A stretch of 64,000 nucleotides of DNA. Origin: Candidatus Woesearchaeota archaeon. GTDB lineage: Archaea > Nanobdellota > Nanobdellia > Woesearchaeales > GW2011-AR4. Position 1 is the first letter of the stretch. The number at the start of each line of letters is the position of its first letter. The position numbers and the translations under genes were made by a program. This document shows, one piece after another, positions 1 to 8,844 of the stretch. The stretch spans positions 5,323 through 69,322 of the forward strand of contig JACOZN010000005.1 in assembly GCA_016181305.1 (NCBI GenBank). Reading direction: 5' to 3'. Below the pieces are notes generated by a model. That model searched no databases and was not told the origin of the DNA. It was given only the letters and a program-made list of their open reading frames with translations.

Positions 1-1082
1 TTTAACAAAGATAAAATTTTTTCAGCTAAAAGCTTGTCATTTTCTGAGGAAGTTTCTCCTATTATAACCAATACTTGGTTAGCATAAACAAAAACACTGA
101 CTTTATTTTTAAATTCCGCAATTGTAACCTCACTTTTTAATCTGGTTTCATAGTTGTTACCTATTTCGCTTTCTAAATCTTTTGTGAGATTTGCAATCAG
201 GATTATATCGCTTGCAGGTCCATAATCATCTGCAATAAAGTAAATTTTTTGCAAGGTTGGTGCAGGAACTTGTTGTTGTGGTTCTGATTTTGTCGCAGAA
301 GACTCCCCTAAAGGTTTTACACATCCGCATAAATTACCATCGCAAGTTGCAGCCCAAGCCTCGTTGATTGAACTGCAGTAATTGAAGCACATGCTAAGTT
401 CACTATTTGACGTGACATCACAAGGCTCACCTTCTTTTATGATTTGCTCTTTTCCAATAGTTTGTATTATGGCATTTGCGTACTGCTTATCCTTTTCTCC
501 AGATTCAGGAGCTGATAATAAAATAGCATATTTTTGTCCTTCTTTAAATCTAGTATATAGGGATATTGATTTTATAGGTGGTGTAAAATCTTTCACCACA
601 TTAGCATCTACGATTTTTTTAGCTGACCAAAAGAAAGATTGGGTGTCGCCAGAAAATTTAATATCAATTCTTATTTTTTTGTCGGGGTCCCCCGCTTCTT
701 TTAATGTGGACATATCTACTTCATAAAGGCTTTCACCAGATATTGGAAATTTAAGTTGATTTTCTAGATGCAAGCTCCAGCTATTTAGCAAGAACCTTTC
801 AAAGCCCCCTTCACCTTCAACTCTTATAAATTCCTCTGTTATTTCGATTTTTCCATTTTTTTTAAGTTCTACAATCCCATAAAGGACTTTAACGTCCTTA
901 TCAACTCCGCCCGCAATCTGCAGTAGCCAATTATCCGGATTTACACTAACTGGTTTTGCCACAAATTCCGCTGCATAAACAACTTTAATTTCATCAAATT
1001 CATATCTTGCCAGTTCCTGTGCATTAACAAGTAAAATATCTAAAGAAATTAGCATCAAGATTATCGTAATTATTTTTTTCAT
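1..1082 (-). CDS. Secreted/surface hypothetical protein, 3'-truncated by window edge
   Basis: Not in the ORF track because it has no stop in the window. Manual translation from ATG 1082 gives MKKIITIILMLISLDILLVNAQELARYEF..., a signal peptide followed by an open frame to position 1 with a small Cys-rich segment (CDV..MCFNYCS..TCDGNLCGC). Confidence 0.8.
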   Translation of the reverse strand, partial: MKKIITIILMLISLDILLVNAQELARYEFDEIKVVYAAEFVAKPVSVNPDNWLLQIAGGVDKDVKVLYGIVELKKNGKIEITEEFIRVEGEGGFERFLLNSWSLHLENQLKFPISGESLYEVDMSTLKEAGDPDKKIRIDIKFSGDTQSFFWSAKKIVDANVVKDFTPPIKSISLYTRFKEGQKYAILLSAPESGEKDKQYANAIIQTIGKEQIIKEGEPCDVTSNSELSMCFNYCSSINEAWAATCDGNLCGCVKPLGESSATKSEPQQQVPAPTLQKIYFIADDYGPASDIILIANLTKDLESEIGNNYETRLKSEVTIAEFKNKVSVFVYANQVLVIIGETSSENDKLLAEKILSLL

Positions 1083-1103
1083 TCTTTTACAAGTTTAATG
1101 TTT

Positions 1104-1775
1104 TTATCTAATCTTTTTATTCTTTTTGCTTTTTGACTTCAATGCCATGACAGCGCCTATCAGGATTATGGATGCAGACGCCAGCATGACGCCTTTTGAT
1201 ATCCTTAAGCCCAAGTCCATAAACAGCTGCTCGGGGTACAAATTTACAATCATCTCTTTTGCAGGATCAAACAAATATGTTCCCTGCTCAAACAGCAGCC
1301 TGTGGAACGACTCGAATGTTGATGAAAAGCCGAAGCTTATCAGAAAAAACAATATTGCTGCAAGAGCTATTGTCAAAATGCCGCCGAAAAAAAGGACCTT
1401 GCCGACGAAATTTATTATGTAATGGTTGACTTTTAATATTAATGCCGAGGCTATGAGCAGCAGTATGAACATGGCTGTAAGGGCGTAAAGCAGCAGGGTT
1501 GATATTCTGACGGCATTCCTGACATCAAGCAGGTGCAGCCTTTCCCTTTCGTTAAATTCGTTTGGAAGCTCGTTGCTCTTTCCGCCTATGAAATTCATCA
1601 CCTTTTCGTGCAGTGAAAAAGCATTCGGGACATTCTGCTGCACACCGTATTCTGAAAATTTTTTTTGATAAAACGAGCTGTCAAAACTCATGAGGTTCAG
1701 CACAAGCAGAAACAGCAGAAACGGCAGAATAAGAATCATCAGGAATTTTGCTATAGGTGTAAATGTAAATCCCAT
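1104..1775 (-). CDS. DUF1461/TIGR01906 integral membrane protein (Lit-like)
   Basis: Four TM segments. Motifs E..HLLDVR and FESFHRLLF...Y.FDP.....LYPEQLF are typical of the family. Confidence 0.75.
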   Translation of the reverse strand: MGFTFTPIAKFLMILILPFLLFLLVLNLMSFDSSFYQKKFSEYGVQQNVPNAFSLHEKVMNFIGGKSNELPNEFNERERLHLLDVRNAVRISTLLLYALTAMFILLLIASALILKVNHYIINFVGKVLFFGGILTIALAAILFFLISFGFSSTFESFHRLLFEQGTYLFDPAKEMIVNLYPEQLFMDLGLRISKGVMLASASIILIGAVMALKSKSKKNKKIR

Positions 1776-1776
1776 C

Positions 1777-2184
1777 TTAGCTGTCCATCATTATTACTTT
1801 CTTCTCGTCTTCGACTGCCTTTTTGATTGCGTCCTCGATTGTTTTTGCATCCTTTTTTTTAGGGGCATTTCTGGCTTCTTCCCTGCCCTCTTCAAATACC
1901 ATCCTTGCAGCCTTGAACGGTATCTCTTTCTCATCTATCGCTTCTTTTTCCTTTTTCTCTTCCTCAAGGTCAAAAGCGTCAGTAGCCTTTTTTTCATCTT
2001 TCTCTTTCTGCTCCTCTTTTCTCATGTAGTCTGACGAGGGGTCTTTTCCCCCGGGGCCGTATTTTTGCTCGTGGTACTTTTTGTCGTCTTTCCTGTCCGG
2101 TGGGGAGCCTGCATATTTGGAGCTATGATAACCTTCAGAATGTATGTTCCACTTGTCCTCTTCTGACAATTTTGCCTTGTACAT
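1777..2184 (-). CDS. Hypothetical protein, K/E-rich
   Basis: 135-aa ORF packed 1 bp upstream of the DUF1461 gene on the same strand. Confidence 0.7.
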   Translation of the reverse strand: MYKAKLSEEDKWNIHSEGYHSSKYAGSPPDRKDDKKYHEQKYGPGGKDPSSDYMRKEEQKEKDEKKATDAFDLEEEKKEKEAIDEKEIPFKAARMVFEEGREEARNAPKKKDAKTIEDAIKKAVEDEKKVIMMDS

Positions 2185-2185
2185 C

Positions 2186-2341
2186 TTAAGATGCGATAAG
2201 CCCGCCCCATACGGGCTTTTTAATCCTGTAGCCCCTCTTAATCAGCAAATCCGCTTCCCTGCTGTTCCTCTCAAGCACCATTGCCTCAAATTCAAAGTCA
2301 AAAGCATCATTTGGCTCCAAAAACGGGTTTAGGCTGTTCAT
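2186..2341 (-). CDS. Small hypothetical protein (51 aa)
   Basis: Manual translation MNSLNPFLEPNDAFDFEFEAMVLERNSREADLLIKRGYRIKKPVWGGLIAS*. AAGGAG lies upstream, and the stop is 1 bp before the next ATG. Confidence 0.6.
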   Translation of the reverse strand: MNSLNPFLEPNDAFDFEFEAMVLERNSREADLLIKRGYRIKKPVWGGLIAS

Positions 2342-2399
2342 TCTGCAAGCACTCTCCTTTTTAAACTTTTTGTTTTTAACTACTTAAAAGTAACTCTAA

Positions 2400-2723
2400 T
2401 TACGCCTTAGTTAAAATCAGGTCTATCTTGCTCCTGAGCTGCGCCTCGGGGTAAGCACCTATTATCCTGTCGACCTCCTTTCCCCTGCTGAATATTATCA
2501 TGCACGGTATCCCTCTCACGTCGTGCTGCGTTGCAATCTCCTGGTTGTCATCAACATTCAGCTTTGCAAATTTCAGCTTGTTTGCATACTCGCTTGACAG
2601 CTTTTCAAGGACAGGGCTGACTATCCTGCACGGCCCGCACCACGGCGCCCAGAAATCAACAAGGGCAGGGAGCCCGCTTTTCAAAATTTCGCCTTCGAAA
2701 GTGTCTTTTGTCAAGTCCAGCAT
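2400..2723 (-). CDS. trxA: Thioredoxin
   Basis: DFWAPWCGPC active site and RGIP cis-Pro motif; 107 aa. Confidence 0.97.
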   Translation of the reverse strand: MLDLTKDTFEGEILKSGLPALVDFWAPWCGPCRIVSPVLEKLSSEYANKLKFAKLNVDDNQEIATQHDVRGIPCMIIFSRGKEVDRIIGAYPEAQLRSKIDLILTKA

Positions 2724-2754
2724 TTTATTAGGAGCTATTGCTGAATTTTAGAGC

Positions 2755-3261
2755 TTACCTGAAAATCAGGTACCTTCTTCTGTCAATGTCCATGTCTATG
2801 AAAGAGTCGCATTCCTGCTTCAGCATCGAGGAGCTGGATTTCCCGAATGCAATAGCCTCAATCCTGCAGCCGAGCGCGTGCCTCAGGTGCTGAACCAAAG
2901 GCACATAGTCGCCGTCGCCGCTCACAATAACAATAGTGTCAAGCTTGGGCGCCAGCTCAATCGTGTCCATCGCCAATCCTATGTCCCAGTCGCCCTTTTT
3001 CGCGCCTCCTGCAAAAATCTGCAGATCCTTCGCCCTTACCTCAAAGCCGATTTTTTCCAGCGCATCAAAAAAATTCTGCTCCTCCTTGACATCTGCCTTT
3101 ATTACATAGGCGATTGCCCTTATAAGGCTCCTGTTGCCAACCGCAGCCTTCAGTATCTGCGCAAAGTTAACCTTTGCGTTGTAAAGGTTTTTGGCAGAGT
3201 AATACATGTTCTGCACATCGACAAACACGCCCACCCTCTGATCCTTGAAATGCATTGTCAC
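2755..3261 (-). CDS. NYN domain (LabA/DUF88) PIN-like nuclease
   Basis: VFVDVQN, KKGDWDIGLAMD and VSGDGDY motifs. Confidence 0.93.
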   Translation of the reverse strand: MTMHFKDQRVGVFVDVQNMYYSAKNLYNAKVNFAQILKAAVGNRSLIRAIAYVIKADVKEEQNFFDALEKIGFEVRAKDLQIFAGGAKKGDWDIGLAMDTIELAPKLDTIVIVSGDGDYVPLVQHLRHALGCRIEAIAFGKSSSSMLKQECDSFIDMDIDRRRYLIFR

Positions 3262-3420
3262 TCACTCCCTTAAGCTGGGCATTTTTTCCTCGTAGCCGCA
3301 GTTTGAGCAGCGCACGGCATTGCCCTCGAAAGCCAGCGCCAGCTGCCTGCACCTCGGGCATTGCTTCAAAACAGAAAACTTCTTTAGCTTTTTTTCAAAC
3401 CGCTCCTCATCATGATTCAT
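3262..3420 (-). CDS. Small zinc-ribbon protein (52 aa)
   Basis: Manual translation MNHDEERFEKKLKKFSVLKQCPRCRQLALAFEGNAVRCSNCGYEEKMPSLRE*, with CxxC...CxxC. It abuts the NYN start. Confidence 0.8.
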   Translation of the reverse strand: MNHDEERFEKKLKKFSVLKQCPRCRQLALAFEGNAVRCSNCGYEEKMPSLRE

Positions 3421-3496
3421 GACTATTTTTGCTGTTGCTCCGCTTATATATAAAGTTTGTGAAAAATGAAAATTATCAGCAAAACCAAAGAAGCAG

Positions 3497-3709
3497 CTAT
3501 TTTATGATCTCATACTCTTTGACTACAATCCATGAAAATATGAACAGGATTACCGCGCCTGCAATTATCCACGACAGCCCTGCCTGCGTGGTGTCATTAT
3601 ACATCAGGTAAAGCCCGTAAGCCATTATTCCAAACCCCAGCCAGAGGAACTTGTCCAAAACCATTTTCATAATCTCAAATTCCTGCTGCTCCGATAGCCT
3701 TCTTTTCAT
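3497..3709 (-). CDS. Small two-TM membrane protein
   Basis: 70 aa with two hydrophobic helices, tightly downstream of the pilin-like gene. Confidence 0.8.
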   Translation of the reverse strand: MKRRLSEQQEFEIMKMVLDKFLWLGFGIMAYGLYLMYNDTTQAGLSWIIAGAVILFIFSWIVVKEYEIIK

Positions 3710-3713
3710 TGTT

Positions 3714-4283
3714 TCATCCCTTTACAACTATAAAAAAGTCTTTCTGCGCGTAAATATAATCAGGGTCCGCCACTCCTACGCTTTCATCAGTCACTTCAAA
3801 GTTTAAAACATACGAGCCTGCAGGAGTCGCGGTTGGTATTTTCAGCCTTAGGTTTTTCACATCAGCCTCTGCCGAAGCCAGCTTGTAGCCGTTTGGCGGC
3901 TGGGCCGTCTGGAACCATTGTGGATTCTCGATTTGGAATGTCCCTCCCTGTGTGCCTGAAGCCGGTATGAAGGAAACAGGCGTGAACCTGAGCTTGTAGC
4001 TAAGTGTTGAATCCTTTTTGTTTCTTACGCCTACAGTCAGGATAGTGGATTCCCCCTTGCCAAGCTCAATCTGGGTTTTTGGAAATGCAACCTTTTTGTC
4101 GCCTGAAATCAGGTCTTCCAGAACCTTATTCTTCACCTGATCAGTAACATCGCCGCCTATCTCGCCGACTTTCCCGAACAGCCCCCTTATAAAGCCAAGC
4201 CCGAGCCCCAGAAGGGTCATAGCCAGCACGACAATAACAATAGCCTGTATTGAAATTTCTAAAGAAGCCCTTTTATTAAGCAT
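3714..4283 (-). CDS. Class III signal peptide (type IV pilin-like) protein with Ig-like body
   Basis: MLNKRA|SLEISIQAIVIVVLAMTLLGLGL: basic leader, A at -1, E near the mature N-terminus, then a hydrophobic helix and a beta-rich C-terminus. Confidence 0.75.
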   Translation of the reverse strand: MLNKRASLEISIQAIVIVVLAMTLLGLGLGFIRGLFGKVGEIGGDVTDQVKNKVLEDLISGDKKVAFPKTQIELGKGESTILTVGVRNKKDSTLSYKLRFTPVSFIPASGTQGGTFQIENPQWFQTAQPPNGYKLASAEADVKNLRLKIPTATPAGSYVLNFEVTDESVGVADPDYIYAQKDFFIVVKG

Positions 4284-4407
4284 TCACACACCTCTTTTTT
4301 ATGCAATCGGGTTATATTTTATTAAATTACACAACTAATTTATAAACTTTTCTAAATTGCACAATTCAATAGCAACCTTTAAAAATCAGTGAAAAATTCT
4401 GTTTGGT

Positions 4408-4944
4408 ATGGCAAGACTAAGGACATTTGTTTCTTACAGGAGGCTTAAAAGGCCCTACACAAGGACGTCAAAATTCAAGGCAAAGTCTTACATAAAGATG
4501 ACTCCGAACGTTAAGGTAGTTAGGTTCGACACAGGCGACGCAAGCAAGGATTTCAGCTATACCCTAAACCTACTCTCAAAGTCGGATTTGCAGATAAGGG
4601 ACAATGCGCTGGAAAGCGCAAGACAAACCTCAAACAAGTTGCTGGAAACACATCTTGGCTTGAACGGGTTTCACCTAAAAGTCAAAGTCTACCCTTATCA
4701 TGTTCTCAGGGAGCATGCCCTTGCATCGGGAGCAGGCGCTGACAGGTTCAGCTCCGGCATGGCACATTCATTCGGCAAGCCGATTGGATTGGCTGCAAGA
4801 ATAAAAAAGGGGCAGGCAATTTTTCAGGTAAGCGTTGACAAGCAGAACCTTGAAATTGCAAAGCAGGCGCTTGAAAGGGCCTCGAAGAAGCTTCCTTGCT
4901 CTTGTACGATACAGCTTACTGGCAATAAAAATATCAAGCAATGA
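4408..4944 (+). CDS. rpl10e: 50S ribosomal protein uL16 (L10e)
   Basis: QIRDNALESAR, YPYHVLREH, GAGADR and FGKPIG motifs. Confidence 0.97.
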   Translation: MARLRTFVSYRRLKRPYTRTSKFKAKSYIKMTPNVKVVRFDTGDASKDFSYTLNLLSKSDLQIRDNALESARQTSNKLLETHLGLNGFHLKVKVYPYHVLREHALASGAGADRFSSGMAHSFGKPIGLAARIKKGQAIFQVSVDKQNLEIAKQALERASKKLPCSCTIQLTGNKNIKQ

Positions 4945-5000
4945 GTCTCTCATCTTTGGCTTTCGAAAACTATAAATAGGTCTTTTGATATTCATTTTTC

Positions 5001-6050
5001 ATGGTTCTCGAATTGCTCGACAATATTACCCCAAACAAGTACCTCCATTCTGTCATCATACTCCTGGTTTTTTATGCATTGTCGGAGCTTGTCGTATTTA
5101 TTTCCCAGAGGGTAATACTCCAGCTCACCAAAAAGACAAAAACCAACTTGGACGACTTGATAGTCTCCAAAACAAACAAGCCCATATCACTTATACTGAT
5201 AATTCTTGGGCTTAGGCTTTCAATAATCCCGCACAAGGTGAAGCCGTACATTCTGGACATATTCGGGCATATCCTGGCATCGCTGATTATTGTGCTGATT
5301 GCTTACATATTCATTGTCATTTTCGACATAATTATAATAAACTGGGGCAGTAAATTCGCCGCAAAAACCGAATCAAAGGTTGATGACGAGGTTGTGCTTC
5401 TGTTCCAGAGGTTTTCCAGAATAACGCTGAGCCTTATAGGGCTGATTTTTATACTTAATATTTGGGGAATTGAAGTTGCGCCTTTGCTTGCAAGCCTCGG
5501 GATTGCGGGTATTGCAGTTGCTTTTGCCCTGCAGAGCACTCTCGGCAACATTTTTGGCGGCATATCCCTTATTGTCGACAAGAGCATTACAGTTGATGAT
5601 TTCATAAGGCTCGAGGATGGCACAGAGGGCAAGGTAACCGACATAGGATTGAGAAGCACAAAAATAAAAAGCAGGGATGGTGACCTGATTATACTTCCGA
5701 ATGGCAAGCTGGCCGACTCCAAGATATACAATTACCACAAGCCGCTGCCGATAACAAGAGCCACTGTTGACTTCAGCGTCAAGTATGGCTCTGAGCCTGA
5801 AAAAGCCAGGAAAATCGCGCTTGATGAATTAAAAAAAATAAACTATGTGCTGAAAGAGCCCGTACCTGTAATTATTTTTGCCGAAATGGGTGAGTTCGCG
5901 CTTAAGTTCAAGGCGCATTTCTGGGTTAAGTCCATAAATGAAAAAATAGAGGCAAAAGATGCTGCCACAACAGCAATATACAGCGCCCTCAACAGGAACA
6001 AGATAACTATACCCTTCCCTACAAGGACGGTCTACCTGAAAAAGGGCTGA
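5001..6050 (+). CDS. mscS: Small-conductance mechanosensitive channel (MscS family)
   Basis: LASLGIAGIAVAFALQ..GNIFGG, G.V.DIGLRST, IILPNG and IPFP motifs. Confidence 0.95.
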   Translation: MVLELLDNITPNKYLHSVIILLVFYALSELVVFISQRVILQLTKKTKTNLDDLIVSKTNKPISLILIILGLRLSIIPHKVKPYILDIFGHILASLIIVLIAYIFIVIFDIIIINWGSKFAAKTESKVDDEVVLLFQRFSRITLSLIGLIFILNIWGIEVAPLLASLGIAGIAVAFALQSTLGNIFGGISLIVDKSITVDDFIRLEDGTEGKVTDIGLRSTKIKSRDGDLIILPNGKLADSKIYNYHKPLPITRATVDFSVKYGSEPEKARKIALDELKKINYVLKEPVPVIIFAEMGEFALKFKAHFWVKSINEKIEAKDAATTAIYSALNRNKITIPFPTRTVYLKKG

Positions 6051-6054
6051 AGAA

Positions 6055-8592
6055 TTACCTGTTTAGTATCTCCTTGATTATGCTGTAAGTCTCAGGATAT
6101 TTGTCTATGTTGAGGATTTCTGTGTGGAGGTTTTCTCCAAATAGGCTGCTGCAGGTGCCGTTTATTTTGAATATTTCGGCATTTTCCATCTCCGCGTTTT
6201 TTGACAGGGCAATTCCATCTCCGTCTCCCAGCTTCATTTTGCAGCCCTGCCCGATTATTGCATAAATTTTGAGATTTGACGGCTGGCTTAAGGGGTCATT
6301 CAGCTTGTTGATGAAAAGGCTGTTTTCCTGCATTTCACTGCATTCCCTGTTCTCGCCCACCAGGCTGCAGTAATCCCCTATCGGGCCTGAAATTCCTTTG
6401 TTTGGGGTCGCAATCATAATAACCCTGTCAACATCTCCTGCGCCAAAAATCTGGATGTACCTTCTTGCCACCAAGCCGCCCATTGAGTGGGCGATTATGT
6501 TAACTTTGGGCTTGCCTGTTCTTTCTTTTACGAGCTCCATTATGTCTTTCAGCCTCAGGGCGTATGTATCGATGCTTTCGCTCTTTGTCGGCACGACTAT
6601 GTACTTGTCCTCTTTCTTGAATGCATCATAGTAATAGCTTGCCTTGACGCTTACAGGCCTGCCTGACAAGCCCCATATGCCCTTTTGAAGCTGCTCGTTC
6701 CTGGAGTACAGCGAGACAATGCCGGCATTCAGGTAGCCGTCGTCCTGAAGCCGCGACTGGAGCTTGTCGAATGAGTCAAGGGAAAATTCAGGAGAATTGT
6801 CCTTTGCAAGGGAGTGCCCGTGCAGGAATATGACCGGAAATGTCTTCGGGTCGTTTTTGCAGCTTTCGTCCACGCAGCACCGCTGGCATTTGCTGAATAT
6901 GCAGCAAATCGGCGGATTGTCAGACAGGTTCGTGTCTATTTTTGAAGTAAGGTTGTAGGATATGTTTAGGCTTATCAGCTCAAAATTGAAACTGCCAAGG
7001 CTTCTCGCAGGCTTGCCTAGGCTTGAGCATTTCTCCATCAATCGCGATATCTGGCCGGATGCATTGATTTTTGATAAAAGGTACAATGAAATGTTTATTG
7101 ACTCATTATAATCCAAAGCCATGATGCTGCTTATGTTTTTAGGCAGCACCTGCTCTGCAATTCGTATAATTTCAAAATCGGTCTTATTCCCCGATTTTGC
7201 TTTTTCGAGCGACTCGTAGTAAGAATTGTTTATCTTCCTCAGCTCATTTTCCCTGAAGCTGTCAGCCAATTCCAAAAATCTGTTGTCTGAAGGAAAGCTT
7301 ATCCTTTTTTCTTCAATGACCGCCAATGACTCGTTTCTTGTGCGCAGGTATTCTTCTTCCAGTGCGCTCAATGCGCTGCAGGCTTGCTTTAACTGCAGCG
7401 AGTCAGGATGCCTTTCCGCAAATTCCCCGCTGTTTTTTATTACATTGCCTAGGGTAATGTTTTCTTTGCAGTCCTGCTTCAGGCTGCACAGGAGGTCTTT
7501 CCCCCCCTTTAAAGCTTGCCCGAGGCTGAAGAACATCTCTATGGCAGGGGCTTTTGTCCTCTCAATTAACAACATCTCCTGTTTCACGAGGCTGTCAATA
7601 TCAGCCCCGATTTTGCCGTAGCTTTCAAAGGTGTTGTTTGTCATCGATGATGACACGTTATCAAAGCCGGCAATATTAATTGAAAACTCAGTTAGCACCT
7701 TATTGCCTTCGAGGCTGCTTATAAATTCATTCAATTCATTCAGGTTCCTGCCCATCTCCCCCAATCTTGACAATAATTCGTTATGCAGCAAAATAACATT
7801 GTCGATGTCTTTATCCATGCCATCTATCGATTTTTTGATATTGTCCAGGCTTGCAAAAAAGCTTTCATTAAACATCTTGCTTAATTTTGTATAGTTTTCA
7901 ACCGACCAGACGCTCCTGAGGTTCTCTATGGATAGCCTTGTTTTGCCGTAAGCATCGTCGATTTCCGCCTTTCGGCTTGATAAATTAAGCAGGTTAGCTT
8001 TGTGAGCCAGTTCAAAATATTTTTGGCTCAGCTGCTGCAGCATAACATCAGAAGCAGCCAGCTGCTCAAGCAGTTCAGTGACATTCTGCCCCAGGGTTTT
8101 TTTAAGCTCCTTTTCGGTTTCTGTAAGGTCATAGTTTAGGGTTACCAGAGAAGACCTTGATTTTTCATCGCCTCTTGTCAGGCAAAGGAAAGAGCGTATG
8201 CTGCGGCATTGGACATCAAAGCTGTAAATATCCTGCCCGGAGCCGAGCCTTTTGACGCTGACTTCATAGCTTTTTGCAATATGCTGCTGGCTCTTAAGAA
8301 TAAACTCGCCTTTGTCAATTACGCTGTTCGCGCTCCTGTCGGTAAAAGAATAGGAGCATGACGCTTTGCAGTACGCAGCATTGCCAATTGAAACATCAAA
8401 GCCAATCCTGCTTTTGTCGCCGTAATGCATTATGAGTGATTTTTCAGGAGGGTTAAGGCTTACTATCAGCTCATTGCCCAGCAGGAAATTTATCTTTTGA
8501 TTAAACACCACAATCAAATAAATCAGGAGCAATGCTACAACAATTATTACTGGCATCTCGTATTTCTTAAAAAAAGGCTTCTGCTTGTCCAT
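6055..8592 (-). CDS. Membrane-anchored large protein with C-terminal alpha/beta hydrolase (lipase/PGAP1-like)
   Basis: N-terminal TM, long helical region, Cys-rich linker. The C-terminal domain has VIFLHG, the IIAHSMGG nucleophile elbow, IATPNKG, GDG and a terminal LH. Confidence 0.85.
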   Translation of the reverse strand: MDKQKPFFKKYEMPVIIVVALLLIYLIVVFNQKINFLLGNELIVSLNPPEKSLIMHYGDKSRIGFDVSIGNAAYCKASCSYSFTDRSANSVIDKGEFILKSQQHIAKSYEVSVKRLGSGQDIYSFDVQCRSIRSFLCLTRGDEKSRSSLVTLNYDLTETEKELKKTLGQNVTELLEQLAASDVMLQQLSQKYFELAHKANLLNLSSRKAEIDDAYGKTRLSIENLRSVWSVENYTKLSKMFNESFFASLDNIKKSIDGMDKDIDNVILLHNELLSRLGEMGRNLNELNEFISSLEGNKVLTEFSINIAGFDNVSSSMTNNTFESYGKIGADIDSLVKQEMLLIERTKAPAIEMFFSLGQALKGGKDLLCSLKQDCKENITLGNVIKNSGEFAERHPDSLQLKQACSALSALEEEYLRTRNESLAVIEEKRISFPSDNRFLELADSFRENELRKINNSYYESLEKAKSGNKTDFEIIRIAEQVLPKNISSIMALDYNESINISLYLLSKINASGQISRLMEKCSSLGKPARSLGSFNFELISLNISYNLTSKIDTNLSDNPPICCIFSKCQRCCVDESCKNDPKTFPVIFLHGHSLAKDNSPEFSLDSFDKLQSRLQDDGYLNAGIVSLYSRNEQLQKGIWGLSGRPVSVKASYYYDAFKKEDKYIVVPTKSESIDTYALRLKDIMELVKERTGKPKVNIIAHSMGGLVARRYIQIFGAGDVDRVIMIATPNKGISGPIGDYCSLVGENRECSEMQENSLFINKLNDPLSQPSNLKIYAIIGQGCKMKLGDGDGIALSKNAEMENAEIFKINGTCSSLFGENLHTEILNIDKYPETYSIIKEILNR

Positions 8593-8844
8593 GGCTTGTC
8601 AATATTCTAGGTAGGTTAAATAGTTTTTGGGAAATATACCTAGAACTTCATAGAGATATTTATTTCCATATAGCAAATAATTTAATCATATTATTTTGCA
8701 TATAAGCAACCGAAAGCTTTAAATATAAGTAACTTACATTTTAAGGCTATTAATATACATTTTTGTATACCAATATAGAAAATTAAGTAAAAAATCGTTG
8801 GGCTTGATAGTTTTATTTATCTGACTCAACACAAGAGTGTTAAA

